Part shown: positions 37,601 to 49,500 of the stretch, in pieces | How positions within the stretch are numbered: position 1 is the first letter of the stretch | How the letters are laid out: every line of letters starts with the position of its first letter | Source of the DNA: Phoronis australis | Lineage: Eukaryota > Animalia > Phoronida | Assembly: GCA_002633005.1 (NCBI GenBank) | Contig: NMRA01000375.1 | Span: 198,241-262,240 of the forward strand | Length of the DNA stretch: 64,000 bases | Reading direction: 5' to 3' | Notes under the pieces: model-generated | What the model was told of the DNA's origin: nothing | What the model saw: only the letters and a program-made list of their open reading frames with translations | The model's database searches: none | Position numbers and translations under genes: made by a program

Positions 37601-40600
37601 AGCATCTCAGCAGCCTCTCTCTACAAAGGCACAACTTAGTCATAAATTGAGTTGTCTTATATCTGCTATTAGTTTTTCCCCGAATAAAGCCACTCAAATG
37701 CCAACATGTGCTATGCAAATTAGTATGCTCTGAAGTTTCCCTTCACAAATAATTGTGTTGCCATAGCACACCATGTGACCAATGAAAGGTCTTCCATAGG
37801 GCAACAGATCCCATAAATAAACACCCTCGATTGTTTAACGAGTGGGTGATGCGCATTTTAACTGGGAAGTACTAAAATTCAATATTCATTGTGATTACTA
37901 AACCCAGCAATACAATCTGTTGTACATGAGTTAACGATTTGTATGGCATGTAATTACCACTTGATCATTTAGGGTTTAGCTAGGAAATGGAATTAGCAGC
38001 TTAAAGCAACTTTTACGTCATAAATTTAATTCAGAAATTATCCTATTCCACCCAACCCTATCACTTGTTGTGTGTTGTTGCATAAATCCTTAACACACTT
38101 TTCAAGCGAATGCAGTACAAAAAATTGCCAATACATAACATTAATTCGATTTCTGGGCAGCATTATCATTTTTCATATTTACCTACCATAATATGCCAAT
38201 AAAGTAAAAATAGATTGAACTCTTGTCCGCTATGAACTCTTAAATAGTGCCATATACTTGCTACCAGTTATGGAATGAATCTTATCAGTCAAAGAATAGC
38301 CCAGAACATTTTGTAAATAACAAAGTATGCATTTTTGCCGCTTTTGACAATATTTTAAAAAAAAAAGTAACTTCACTTTTACTCAGTTTTAAAATCTATT
38401 TTGTTGAATACACCCGGTATTGGGTTAAACAAAACTGACCCTACATAATAAAATTCATACAAGACTAGAGTGTTGACTAAAATTTAGACAAACATATAAA
38501 TTATATTCTGTGACGGCTTTGTCGATGAACTAAGAAGTGCCAATAGGCTTTAATTATAAAATTTCGACAACTAGATCTGACCTTTTTTCTTTGTTCAAGG
38601 ACTTCTAACATCATTGTGAATGCTTAGCATATCTCAAAACATTGCCTCAAGGTAGCTATGGTGCAGACCTTAAAAATGTTAAAGCACCTGGTGTTACTTA
38701 CTAGTACGTAAAAATAAATTTCTCTTATTTGCCATATTGTGTCCTGACCTGATGACATTTCACCATGCCATGTTCCTTACTGACTTGCAAGGAACATAAT
38801 AAACATTTAATACAGTAATCTCTATCATTAATTTATAAAATTTTCACTTTTTAAACATTCTACATACAAACTGAGGGTGTTTCCTTTTTTATTTTCATTG
38901 CTATATAACAAGCAGTACACATTTTGAAGAAAATCCAAAAGAGAAAGCACATTCACACACACATCCATCATTTGTCACGTGCAGTGTCAGAGAAAACATT
39001 CTGCAGCCTATGCTGATGAGGTCAATTCTTCTACATATGACGGTAGCCATTCTTGACAAGTAAAAACATATGACAGGTAAATTCATATTATTGTAAAAAA
39101 TTAATGAAACCTTGAATGTTTGGAATTGTACGTCTCACTTTAACACAACTCAGGGCATTTCTTTGTGGTCACGGAAATTCTAACATCCTGAGTTGACTCT
39201 CCTCTTTTGGGAAAGTAGAAATTGTACGACTGAGTAGAGTTGGATAACGGAGTATGGTTTACCAGTCTTCACTCAGTTTTTCAAAGTTTTTGTTAAGTCT
39301 GAAAACAATTAATTATGCAACAATAAACCTCTGGCAAATGGCAAACTATATACATGATTAGCATAGCAGCAGTGTTCACCTTTCTCAGGCGGATAGTCGA
39401 AAAAGGCGTTTTCTCCCCGCAAGTGTATCTGAAATTTATAATTAGTCTCCAAACTACTTACTTGTCCTTCTGCGAGTCAAGAACGTAAACTGCTTTACCA
39501 CCGACGATCTTAAGCCGAACATTGGGTGTGTCCACTGTTCCATAGGGGGCATTACGTGTGGTCAGATTTCGTGACAACATGTGTTCTGTTTCAGACAAGT
39601 CACTCTGTAACAATTCAACAGACATCCATATCAGCACATATTGACTTTTTAAACACCTCTCAGCATTGAGGCAATGTTAAATTTAAGCCCACTGAAGAGA
39701 ACAGTTTCCAATAAAATGTCAAACTTTTAATAAAAATTGAAATGGACGACGACTGGAAATTACAAGTTAAAAAGGAGGTCATACAGTACACTCCATTGAT
39801 ACTCAATATTTTAATAATTTATTGTTGTCACATACACTCATCACCAAAAATGTATTCTGTAAAGAACAATAACGTTTAGGTAAAAAACACACAGCTTCAC
39901 AAACACCCAATACATTGAATTAAGAAAACTTAAATAACATTAACATAATGTCAATCAGACAGCATAGCAACTGACAGTCTTGGACATTGTTGTCTCTTGA
40001 AGGCAAAACACTGCATGTAATTTGAGATATTTCCTTTCTGAAAGCATTACCATTTAATAGGTTGTTAATTTTTCTTGACAACCAAAATTCTAGGTATGAA
40101 TTTAACTTGAAACAAACCAAAGTTATACTGCAAAGTGAGTATGTTGATGTGTAGGACAAGACTAAATAGTGAATAGAAAACAGTCTGTTTAATAATAAGT
40201 TTTTAATCTTGCAAAACAGTTGTGTGACTGTGGTTATTCATAACCTGAGGTGGTAGCTTCTTAACAACTAACATGACACCAATTTGAGGGAAAATAGTCT
40301 CATGAGATTCTAATGCTTACACTATACTCCAATTGCATTGGGGAATTCAGTTAAAAAGTATGCAATTTTAATATTTTTATACTTTTATTTGCAAATGTAC
40401 ATAAGGTCAAAAGATTTTACTACGTAAATTTCTGTCACCTTAATACTCCTGGTGTCTTTGCTATTGATGACAGTTTAACCTTGGGGCATGCTCTTTAAAA
40501 TATCAAACAATCCAACAACCCCTTGTGCATGCATCAAACAGAAATCATAAATCTTCGGATTAGACACACCAACATCAACACAATCGTATATACCGTGAAT

Positions 40601-43189
40601 TATATTTCATGGACAAATTATCCTCAACATTGACTACAATGAAAATGTTAAAAGTTGTCTGACACCTGTAGGGAATATGAAGTCTATATTTCTTGTACAA
40701 ACCACATTTCTCGACACTGAAACTTGAAACACCAAAAAATTTGTTTTTTCGATGAGAACGGAGTGAATGGCTACATTATTGACCAATGAATATAAAATGT
40801 TCAGTTTCACGGCATATAAGGTTGCAAGTCATCTAAGACTCTGTCACACCAAATATATTCTTAGAACTGTGGAGCAGCTCTTAAAACAACTTTTGCGCGA
40901 GGGATTGGTACAAATAGTCATTTTTGGCAAAAAGTGCCTCAAATGTGACACCGTCAAATAGGCCAAGTTCATTCTTCAGATGATGCTTAGCCCAATCCCA
41001 AACATTTTACACTAAGAATTAAATGTGGTGTAACAAGGCCCAGAGGTTAAATCAAGGTCATCTTGTCCCCAACAACAGCAACAGTTCTTCACTTATTTAG
41101 CACAAAAATAATTACCCCGCTATTTTTCTATTTTCAAGGGTTGATTAACTTGCTGCAAATTGTAGAAACTTTTCGAATGGTGTTTTTAACACGAAGACAA
41201 TGAAACTGAAGATAATAGACAAAAAATTAACAATCTTCATTTTTGTTGATAAATTTAACAGTTATCTTGCGTATACACATGCTACTTATGTGAAGAACTG
41301 CCCTTGTGGGATACAACAATTAACAAGTCAAGCTTTACCTTCAGTACGGTGAAGCCAATTCTTACGCTAGTAGGAAAATAAATTAATGGCAAAGCAGTCA
41401 TTATACAGACCGAATAACGCCAGAAAAGAAGCGGCGGAAACTAAACTGAAGAAAATTTACCTAGAGACAAAATATAGCATTTAGCAGTCAAACAGGACAC
41501 CTATCCACCAGCTAGAGGAAATCAACAGGAAACTGGAAATTGAGAGCAAAAACAGTAAAATACAGCAAATAATGATATGCAAAACAAGTTGAATAAACAG
41601 ATGAAATAATAAAGATGAAACATAGATAACATAGGTGAAACAATAATTTTGAATTTGAGTCAAAACACAAAGAAATAACAAAGAGCCCTCACTTTTGTGT
41701 CTTTAATGTCACAGAAAATACTTCACATTGAAACAAATAAATAAAAACATTACCAATAACACACAGTTGTCTACTGCATTTTCCATAAAAAGAAAGAATT
41801 CAAATCATAAATGTCTGTAGTAGGAACTGACACAATATAAAATAGGAAATGAAAAATTTGACAGCCTATGACGCTACATGCGTTTATAACACACAGAATG
41901 ACAAAACTCAATGTCCATAGCTCATTCTTGCTTCCCAAGGGTCTGTTTTGAACATGAAAGTCTTTAAGACATAATATGTTAAAAATTTGGTCTCCGAAAA
42001 TTTAGTTACCCATAACTGCTAGAGTTACTGAGATAATTTGTATCAATTATTTATAGGATTTGATGAGTCAATGATTACATGGCCAAACCAATCACTATTA
42101 TTCAGTAATTGGGAAGTACATGTTGGGAGTTAATAATTAACACTTTGCAAGGGAAAAACCACACTTGATAAATGAGAGTATATTTTAAGCATATTTAAAT
42201 GGTATATAGTAGCCTGCCTTGATTTCAGCGAATGTCTGGCAGACAACAGAGAATGTTGCAATTTTGCAATAAAATGCCAAAACACAATGGATTATGTTGC
42301 TTCATATAGCTCTGGTCAACGCAAATAACTTCGAGCCCTATATCCCATCCAATTGTAACCCCAAATATGCATTTTTGGCCATAAAACTGATGTTCCTTTA
42401 CGTCATATGAAACAGAAAGGTATATTCCACTCTACAAGAATCAAAGTTTGGAATTGAAAAAATAAACAATATTTCTTAATAATAGCCCCACTCAGACATA
42501 TACAGGGTGGGTCCCAAATTCGCAGAAAAAGGATATCACTTGAATTGTTTTATGCTTTGTATAACGCAGTATGCAAATGAGTCACTGGTGACCAGTTCAA
42601 TGCAATTTACAGGGCCCTCATGCTCACTAAAAATGCCTGTGCTAGCCCAAGGGAGTTTTTTACCGGTGAGCGGAAACTCTCCCCCCTCCGGGTGAGGAAA
42701 CTCTCCCCCTCTGGACTACAATTGAGAGTGCACGGTGTGAGTTAGAAGTGATTTAAAACTTAATTGGAAAGGAATGGGCCTGATGCCTGAGAAAAATTTT
42801 GCATGATTTGGACATACTTTCAGACCATAATAGCCCGAAGCATCAAACTTGCCATCAAAGCCCTGCTTTATCATTTTCTGTAAGAGTGTAAGACTTATAC
42901 TTAGTTATACCACAAAATGGTTACAGTCACTTTTCAAAAGACAGAGATACCCAAGACTCAAGAGCGCCAGAGCAGGGCAATGTCACTGAACCTAGGCAAT
43001 TATATCGCCCTGGATGACACAGGCATGCAGGGCCAGGGGCCCCTAACAGGCCAACCGAAAGCGAGGGGCTATGACGTGTTGAACCATGCGAATTTAATAA
43101 CGACCCCTTTTTCTCAAAGTCTGTAGCATAACGGGCATAAAATTCAATTAGGCTATTCATTTACTTACCTTCCTTCCACATTTTGGCAT
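19657..43189 (-). CDS. C1orf87: C1orf87-like EF-hand-domain protein
   Basis: Phase-consistent GT-AG exons (5'->3'): 43189-43169 (MPKCGRK), 39604-39462, [39298-39263 optional], 34207-34078, 33198-32848, 29402-29236, 28758-28495, [27832-27821], 26134-25975, 25747-25647, 24607-24358, [22907-22896], 21646-21467, 20705-20606, 19829-19657 (TGA). Motifs PNVRLKIVGGKAVY, TLRLVACMF..VNYEKVITFL and WFDRFFRMAAALY..RTGMLE..INEYNFVCDLRLS..LEPFIKTL parallel human C1orf87 (PEIMVKIIGSK, VNYEKLLWFL, WIDRFRKLENALY..IHNYNLIYNLSLS..LEPALRYL). Confidence 0.85.
20775..20975. repeat. ~41-bp tandem repeat, about 5 degenerate copies
   Basis: gttcatcttaaagcggttataatcc.actttc.gtcacaa units. Confidence 0.85.
21003..21208. 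mobile_element. Small palindromic MITE; related copy at ~26263-26485
   Basis: TIR tataaaattggtctcaa / ttgagaccaattttata; shared ccttagtcaaa and catctgagtaa in both copies. Confidence 0.65.
22896..22907 (-). CDS. Candidate 12-nt microexon (EDKQ) of the C1orf87-like gene; NAGNAG alternative gives 15 nt (QEDKQ)
   Basis: Minus strand ttctctcccacatgcgcgcacagcag|gaggacaaacag|gtaaca; phase 0-0 matches the flanking exons. Confidence 0.6.
25310..25660. repeat. ~100-bp degenerate tandem repeat containing copies of the C1orf87 donor region
   Basis: cccttgatccac recurs three times; act(a/g)catactggtgc-like units at ~25350, 25461, 25561 and at the real exon end 25636-25655. Confidence 0.65.
26716..26779 (-). 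repeat. Near-perfect 29-bp inverted repeat (hairpin) with 6-nt loop
   Basis: gtttggtgtcctagacttgtgatttgaag-atatta-cttcaaaccacaagtctaggacaccaaac; the single mismatch is a G:U pair on the minus strand. Confidence 0.9.
27821..27832 (-). CDS. Candidate 12-nt microexon of the C1orf87-like gene
   Basis: Minus strand ttttctttatattttgttttgtcaacag|gggtgacaaaag|gtaatg; phase 2-2, open in frame (Q-G-D-K-S). Confidence 0.6.
29707..32322. mobile_element. ~2.6-kb non-autonomous TIR element, CACTA/EnSpm-like
   Basis: ~60-bp imperfect TIRs cagca(a/c)acatca..aatttttgt.c.accggtcgg..gccgtcgacaggtcg; dense subterminal gccgacc/ggtcggc repeats at both ends; no intact transposase ORF; TSD not recognisable. Confidence 0.75.
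33174..33670. repeat. 44-bp minisatellite overlapping the 3' splice site and first codons of a C1orf87 exon
   Basis: Unit ggacctgtggtgaacaaaatgagcatgaatgtgcgagttagact, about 4 near-perfect copies plus degenerate ones; the terminal unit is the real acceptor (33199-33200) and codons DQYNSHIH. Confidence 0.92.
35987..36000. promoter_or_regulatory. RFX X-box motif
   Basis: GTTACTATGGCGAC fits GTNRCY-AT-RGNRAC; intronic in the C1orf87-like gene. Confidence 0.45.
36238..36616. mobile_element. Old interspersed repeat; colinear copy at ~51625-51965 and related inverted fragment at ~22080-22355
   Basis: Shared blocks gtcac(g/a)tgacca, ttttat.taactt, tgttttg.agaa.a.tgcataaaa, tttcat.tgaatcca, agccaaa.ttg. 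Confidence 0.6.
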
Positions 43190-43534
43190 TTCTACGCTAG
43201 GTATCGTGCAGTTACTACCTGAACTAAGAATTAAACTGACAACTGATCTCAGCTGCCAAATGCCAAGCACTCGCAAGGGACTTCGCAACAGTGTTTTTGT
43301 TGCTATTTAACGTCAATCAGAAAATATAGTTTCGAATTTTTAACACAATGAATATAGAAAGTTGAACACTGATTGGAGTGAAAAATGATAGTGTATTATC
43401 TAATTGATTTTAAGTGGGTTAAGATACTTGTGTCAACTTTCATTGAAACAAAAAATGCGAAATTCATTAAATTATGCAAGAATAAGATAAACAAGAGTTA
43501 GTAGCGCTACCTTGTGTGTGATTGACAAGAGAAA
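43190..43534. promoter_or_regulatory. Bidirectional promoter between C1orf87-like (-) and RANBP3 (+)
   Basis: Start codons are 345 bp apart head-to-head; inverted CCAAT (ctgattgg ~43369), X-box-like gttgctatttaac 43299-43311, palindrome gtagcgctac 43501-43510, YY1-type aaaatggcgg overlapping the RANBP3 ATG. Confidence 0.65.
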
Positions 43535-46500
43535 ATGGCGGAGACGAATATAGGTACAGTACCAAAATAGATTTGATATCCTTATCAAATGTTTGAGATG
43601 ACTTTTGATTTTTTATTCACCGCTCGATGTTTTTGGAATGCGACACTATATGTCCCCGCCTTAGGCGTAGTCCCTGATTTGTTGAACGCGCTGTAGGATG
43701 TGCCTTCTTCATCAAGTTCAACCGTGATTTCTAGAGACAAGTGACCACCGTCTCTAGCTGGCCCAAAGTCAAAGAGACGATGAAGGTCCTATAGGAGCTT
43801 CATGCACCGGAAGTTTTTTGCGAATTATCCCTCACACTGATTAGAAAATCAAGTACCTTCTGCGCACCGGGACACCTGAGCCTTAGGAAGCCGTCGATGA
43901 CTTTAATTCCTTCCAACTTGAACAAATACTTCGTTATCAAACTTTTTCTTCGAGCAGTCTCTCGGTCAGTTCCCAGATTCGGAAATTAGCCATTTTTAAC
44001 ACGGCAAGTGCCATGATGTCATGTCCCCTGGCGTGTGCAGTGTAAAAATGGGCAGTTACTGATTTTGTGGATCTGAACTAATGACTAATGTAGGAAAAAA
44101 ATTGATAATGGGAGTATTTGTTCGAGTTGGAAGGAATTAAAGACATCGACGGTCTCCTAAGATGTCCCTCTATATGCAAAAGGTACTTATAACAACATGT
44201 CTTTGATGTTTTAATCAGTATGAGGCATAATTTGCTGAAAAGCTTCCAGTGTATAAAGCGCCTACGTCAAAAGCTGGACTAGAGACGGTGGTCACTGTCT
44301 ACCGTGATTTGTGAAACTGCGCATTGGCATTGTAAATGGCACTGGTTGGATGTATTGTACTGGGCGGATGTAGCAGTTCCAGATTTTGAGAACCTGACAA
44401 TCTGTGGGCAGCAGACCCATTATTCAGTGGATGAAATGGTAATCTATAGTCGGATACATGGGTCCTTCATAACTCCAAATCAGAAATTAATGTCAAGATA
44501 CCTCATTCGATTCGTCTATCAATTAATATCCATCCAGGTGATGACAGATTTCAGTTACGGCATCATGTTCTTTTGGTATCTGTTCTCAAAAACAAGGTAC
44601 CCTATAGTTGGACAGCTATACATTTCATCAACTGGTTTGCTACGACCTCTGTGACCAGTAGTTGATATGTGTACTGTCAGGAAATGGCAGCAACCCGCCA
44701 ACTTTAGGTACCTTGTTTTGAGTCCAGTTAGCAAAAGGTCGTAACATCGAACCTGACATCTGTCATCACCTGGATGAATATTCTTTATAGAGGAATCGAA
44801 TGAAGTATCCTTTGTTAATTTTTGCTGAGCAGTTTTGGCGTTATGAAGTAACTTGTGTATCTGACTATTAACAATAACACTGGTTCTCATAATCAGCATC
44901 CGCCATATCCTACCAGTGGCAGTGCCCCATGTAGACAGTACCACTGTCTCAACAGAGGGTAGAGACAGTGGCCATCCCATAGGCTTTCGACGTGCCGCAA
45001 CCTTTTTCGGCAACTTATGCATCACTCTGATTTAAAAACCATGTCACGATATATACCTTTTGCACATAGAGAGACACCTCAGGAGGCCGTTGATGTCTTT
45101 AAGTCTTCCCAGCTCGAAGAAATGTTTAGGGACCCACTATCAAACTTTTTTTGAACAATCCTTCATTCAGTTGTCCAAATCGGCAACTGACCATTTTTAC
45201 ACTCCTCGTGCCAGGGAATGTGTCATCATATCGTAATCAGTGTGAGACATATTGTGTTGAAAAGCTTTCAGTGTATGGAGGGCCTATGGGACGGCCATCG
45301 TCTCTACTGTAATCACTCGAGACCGTGGTACTATCTAGGCTAATGTCTCACAAATGGGTAGTGTTTGATTGCTGTTCATGGTACAGGTCGAGTAACAGGG
45401 CTTGGAATTTTCCGCGGAAAACGCGTATTTCTGCTTTTTTCAAATGTTCTGTCTGTGTATTTTATTATATTTCTGCATAAAAAAAAATCGGATTTGATAT
45501 AAAATTTCCACGGCAAATTTTTTTCTTACCGCCCCGTTGCCGTCGACTTTCACCTCAAAAAGCGGAAGTTGCTCTTTATGTTTCGGATGAACGTAAATTG
45601 TCAACATTGCCGGGGCATCTGGGATAGCGTGGTAGATTTCCTAAATGGCGGCTCGTGTGATTGTAAACCGTGGTGACAAATCCTACGACTCTGCAGCCAA
45701 AAATGTTTGGAGGTGGGAGTGGCGGACGAGCTAAGACAGACGCAGACGCACGCTTCCAGAGGTGGTAGTGTTTTTTTTTTCAGGGCTTGGAATTTTCCGC
45801 GGAAACGCGGATTTCCGCTTTTTTGAAATGTGCTTTCCGCTTTTTTTATAATATTTCCGTGNTTTTTAGTCCCGATTTTTGTCGCGGAAAGGTTCACATT
45901 GATCATTTCAAAGGCTGGTTATCGGGCATGATTTGGGCCGTAAAAGTTTCCGCGTTTTTTGTCATTGGTCATTCCAAACCCTGTTTTTTCCTCTCGATTT
46001 TTTGTCGGCAAAAAGTCCACACTGACTCTTTCAAGGGTGGCTGCGCGCATGTTTCGGGCTGTAAAAATTTCTGCGTTTTTCGCCATTGGTCATTCCAAGC
46101 CCTGGAGTAAGTGGGCCCGTCTTCAAAATTTCTGTTGAGAACCTGTTGTCACTGAATAATGGCCTCTGTCGTTGATTTATACAGTGAGAACTGGTAACCA
46201 GCTGCCATTTTAAGAGGGACCCATTTGCAACTTTTACCACAGTTTACAGAAAAGGAATTAGGCTAATTTGCTCTCTCAGTCTGATGTCACAGTTTTCATG
46301 TAGTCTCCAAACTTCAGATTAATCAAACTAGATACAGCAGTGTTCTCCATGTCCTTTCACTTTTTTAAGGTGTCGCTGCCACCTGTTTGCCAGTACTGGC
46401 GACACATTTGAATCGGTCAGAAACCAGTGCTACTCACTACTGTCTTGGCTCTTGTGATTATGGTGAATGCTGGTTTTCAAAGAAATTTGGAATGGGCTAA

Positions 46501-49500
46501 TTCACGGCTGTATCAAAACGTAACTGGATTGTAACACGTTTCCAACACAAGAACTCATGATCTCGAAGTGAAGAAATCTGTCATTAAATAAAAAGGTCAT
46601 TTCATACGACTTTTTAGTCCGTTTCCACTTCCGCTAGACAAAACCCTCAATGGCTACTCCAAAAGGCATACAAGTAAAAACTAGGTCAGTAGGTTAACTT
46701 TTGACATTTTTTTCAGATCACGACATTAACAGAGTAGTGTTGATAAAATGGCATTGGGAATAAGACATTTATCTGGAACTGCCAACTTCTTTCTGATCGA
46801 CCGATTTTAATGCTCCCACGTATATTTATGTGGACGCATAATGTTGTCATCCCCATCCGGCATCCGCTGCTCTATCTCCAAAACCCCTTCACGTATGTTC
46901 ATGAAATTTTGTACATATGTTGCTTTCGTGGCTGGGATGACATGAGCGAACTTTCAGATGGATCCAACTACTGGTGTGCCCCCTAGTGGCAATTTTAGTT
47001 TTTGCATTTTCCTCTTTATCTTCAAAAGTCCTCAATGGATTTTCATAAAATTGGCATATAGGCGTCTGTTAATGAGGTGATGCTATCTTTCCATTTTCAG
47101 ATGAATTCGACCTAGTTAGCACCACCTAGTGGCCATTTTTACTGTTTTCGAGTCTGTTTTTTGGCATCCACTCATCTATCAACCAAACCGCCTTCAGGAT
47201 AATTCTGAAAACTGGCATGTGTGTTTTTACTATCAAGTGGATGGCTGACGATGATTTTCTGACAACTGCCACTACTGTGGCACCTCCTTGTGGCAGTTTT
47301 ATATTTTTTTTGCGCTCATGGCTGTATTCCCTAAACCGTTTGCAGGATCTTTTTTCTTAAATTTGCAAGTGTATTTAAATGATGTTGACAACGAACGACG
47401 ACAACTTTCGGACAGATCAGATTTCTGGTGTGCCCCCTAGTGGCGATTTTAGTTTTTTTTACGTTTTACTCTGTATGTTAAAAAGTCCTCAACAGATTTT
47501 CATAGAATTTTAAATATAGGCATATGTTGGTGAGGTGATCCTCTTGTTTTGGATGGAATGAAGGTATTTTGCGCCACCTGGTGGCTCTTTTTGCTGTTTT
47601 CGAATCTTGTTTTTGGCGTCCACCCCTCCATCAACCAAATCACTCTAGGGATGGTTTTAAAAATTGGCGTATATGCTCTCAGTATGAAGGGGACATTTGA
47701 TGATGGCGACTGACTACTGTGGCGCTTCCTAGTGGTAGTTTTGTTTTGTTTTGCGCCCATGGCTGTATCTCCTAAATCCACTCTATTAAATTTAGTGAGT
47801 GTATTTACGTGTAATGAAGATCACAACAGATGACACGGACTTTCAATGGAAACTGTGCCCACTAGTGGCAGTGTCATTTTATTCTTTTTTCCTTTGTTTT
47901 TCTGAAGTTCCATGACACATTTTTGTGAAATATGGCATGTCCCCGTTTTTGGATGGATTGTACGTTTTTGCACCATCTAGTGGCCATTTTTATGATACGA
48001 GTAAATATCCCTAAAAGCACACCATTTGTGATGCATTCGTGGGCTCATTTCAACGCTCCGCGTTGCTCTTGTTCTGTTAGTTAGCATTCGGTACTGCATT
48101 TTGGTTCATTTGGGCCTTTCGCAGATAACATGTTGATCTGCAACATGTAAGTAATCTTATCCTCTAAGGAGTAACTATCTTTTTGAGTGTGTAAAAAGTT
48201 CATTATAGACACGTTCAGGAACGTAGTTCAATTAGTTATTTACTGACAGGTTACATGTCCTGTTTGAATGACCAGTGGCCTGTTTGAAAATACAGGGACC
48301 ATGGCCCGTTTTGAAATTTGAATTATAGAATACCTTTATGAAAATTGCCAAAAAGCCATCCTTTACTCATTTTCTGATAATTTTAAATCTCAAACAACCT
48401 ATTACAGTACTGCCAGCTGTTTCAGATTGATCAGTATTCTACAAATTTTTAAAGCCTGAAGATCACTATGTTGCTGATTTGAACATTTATTTGTCTTATC
48501 AGAAGAAAGTTAAAAGATATGCTTATAGTTATCAGAGTTTTGAAGCTCCAGATCAGTGAATAAATATGAAGGCATAAAATACCAGAACTTGACAGTAGTA
48601 GTTATTGGTCAATTGCAATAGTCTTTATGATGGAACAACCAATTAAAAGCGTGCTTACAATACTTGAATTTGCATTTTGTTGGATATCGTTTGCTTTGAA
48701 CATCATGCTCAGAAGAATCTGATTACATTTAGAAAACAACAGGAATTCCCCACAATTCCTCATGCTTACTTTAACAATGAAAACTCGGGCGCCTACAGCA
48801 CTGACATCTACCTTGGTGCATGCAAACTGAACTCGAAATGCCAATGAATACTGCAATAATCAGCGGAAGTCCATGTTTATGGCCATGATGGAGTACACTT
48901 CGTTGTTATCTTAATGAAATTATCTAACAATAAATTTCTTCTGCGTAAAATTATTTTGCTCAAGGTCTGAGCTTATACCAAATTTTGTAAATGGGCAATA
49001 TTGACTGTGCCAAATTCAAGAATTGTGAGAAAGATTGAAAAGTTAAGCTCAGACGTGGTTGATAGAAAATACATTGTCCTAGTCTCGATCTTCAGAATCA
49101 AGAAAATTCCATTTCATTTTGTGTCCCAAATTTTAGGGGTAGTCCCGAACTGGAGAATTCTCACTGCACATGCAAAATGATAGAGAGTGAATCACCTTTC
49201 TCGAAAGTATTAGCGTATTGTTTGCAATGACTGTTAGGCAGTTTCTATATCGGATAAATACTAGTCCATATCAACTTTCTCAATTTTCTCGCATCCACCC
49301 AGCTTGGGTTCTGAAGGCACTGGTCAGCAGTTAGTGATGAAATGTAATATGTTACTGCTGATAGGAACTGACCACCAGTGTGCAGGTCATTACTCAGTTT
49401 TAACTTACTCCCTATATTGTGAGTCAGTTTTTGTTGATCTGGTTTTTGTCTGAGACTTGTTGACAATGTTTATTTTGGCAAACTACTAGCCGAAGACCAT

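Noticed and set aside
39380-39428. Possible extra C1orf87 exon (YTCGEKTPFSTIRLRK)
   Set aside because: It would need a 33-nt intron and ends in phase 0, which is incompatible with the next phase-2 exon.
44304-45025. ORFs of 116 and 156 aa in RANBP3 intron 1
   Set aside because: No recognisable domain, non-ATG starts, and they overlap repeat elements; likely chance ORFs.
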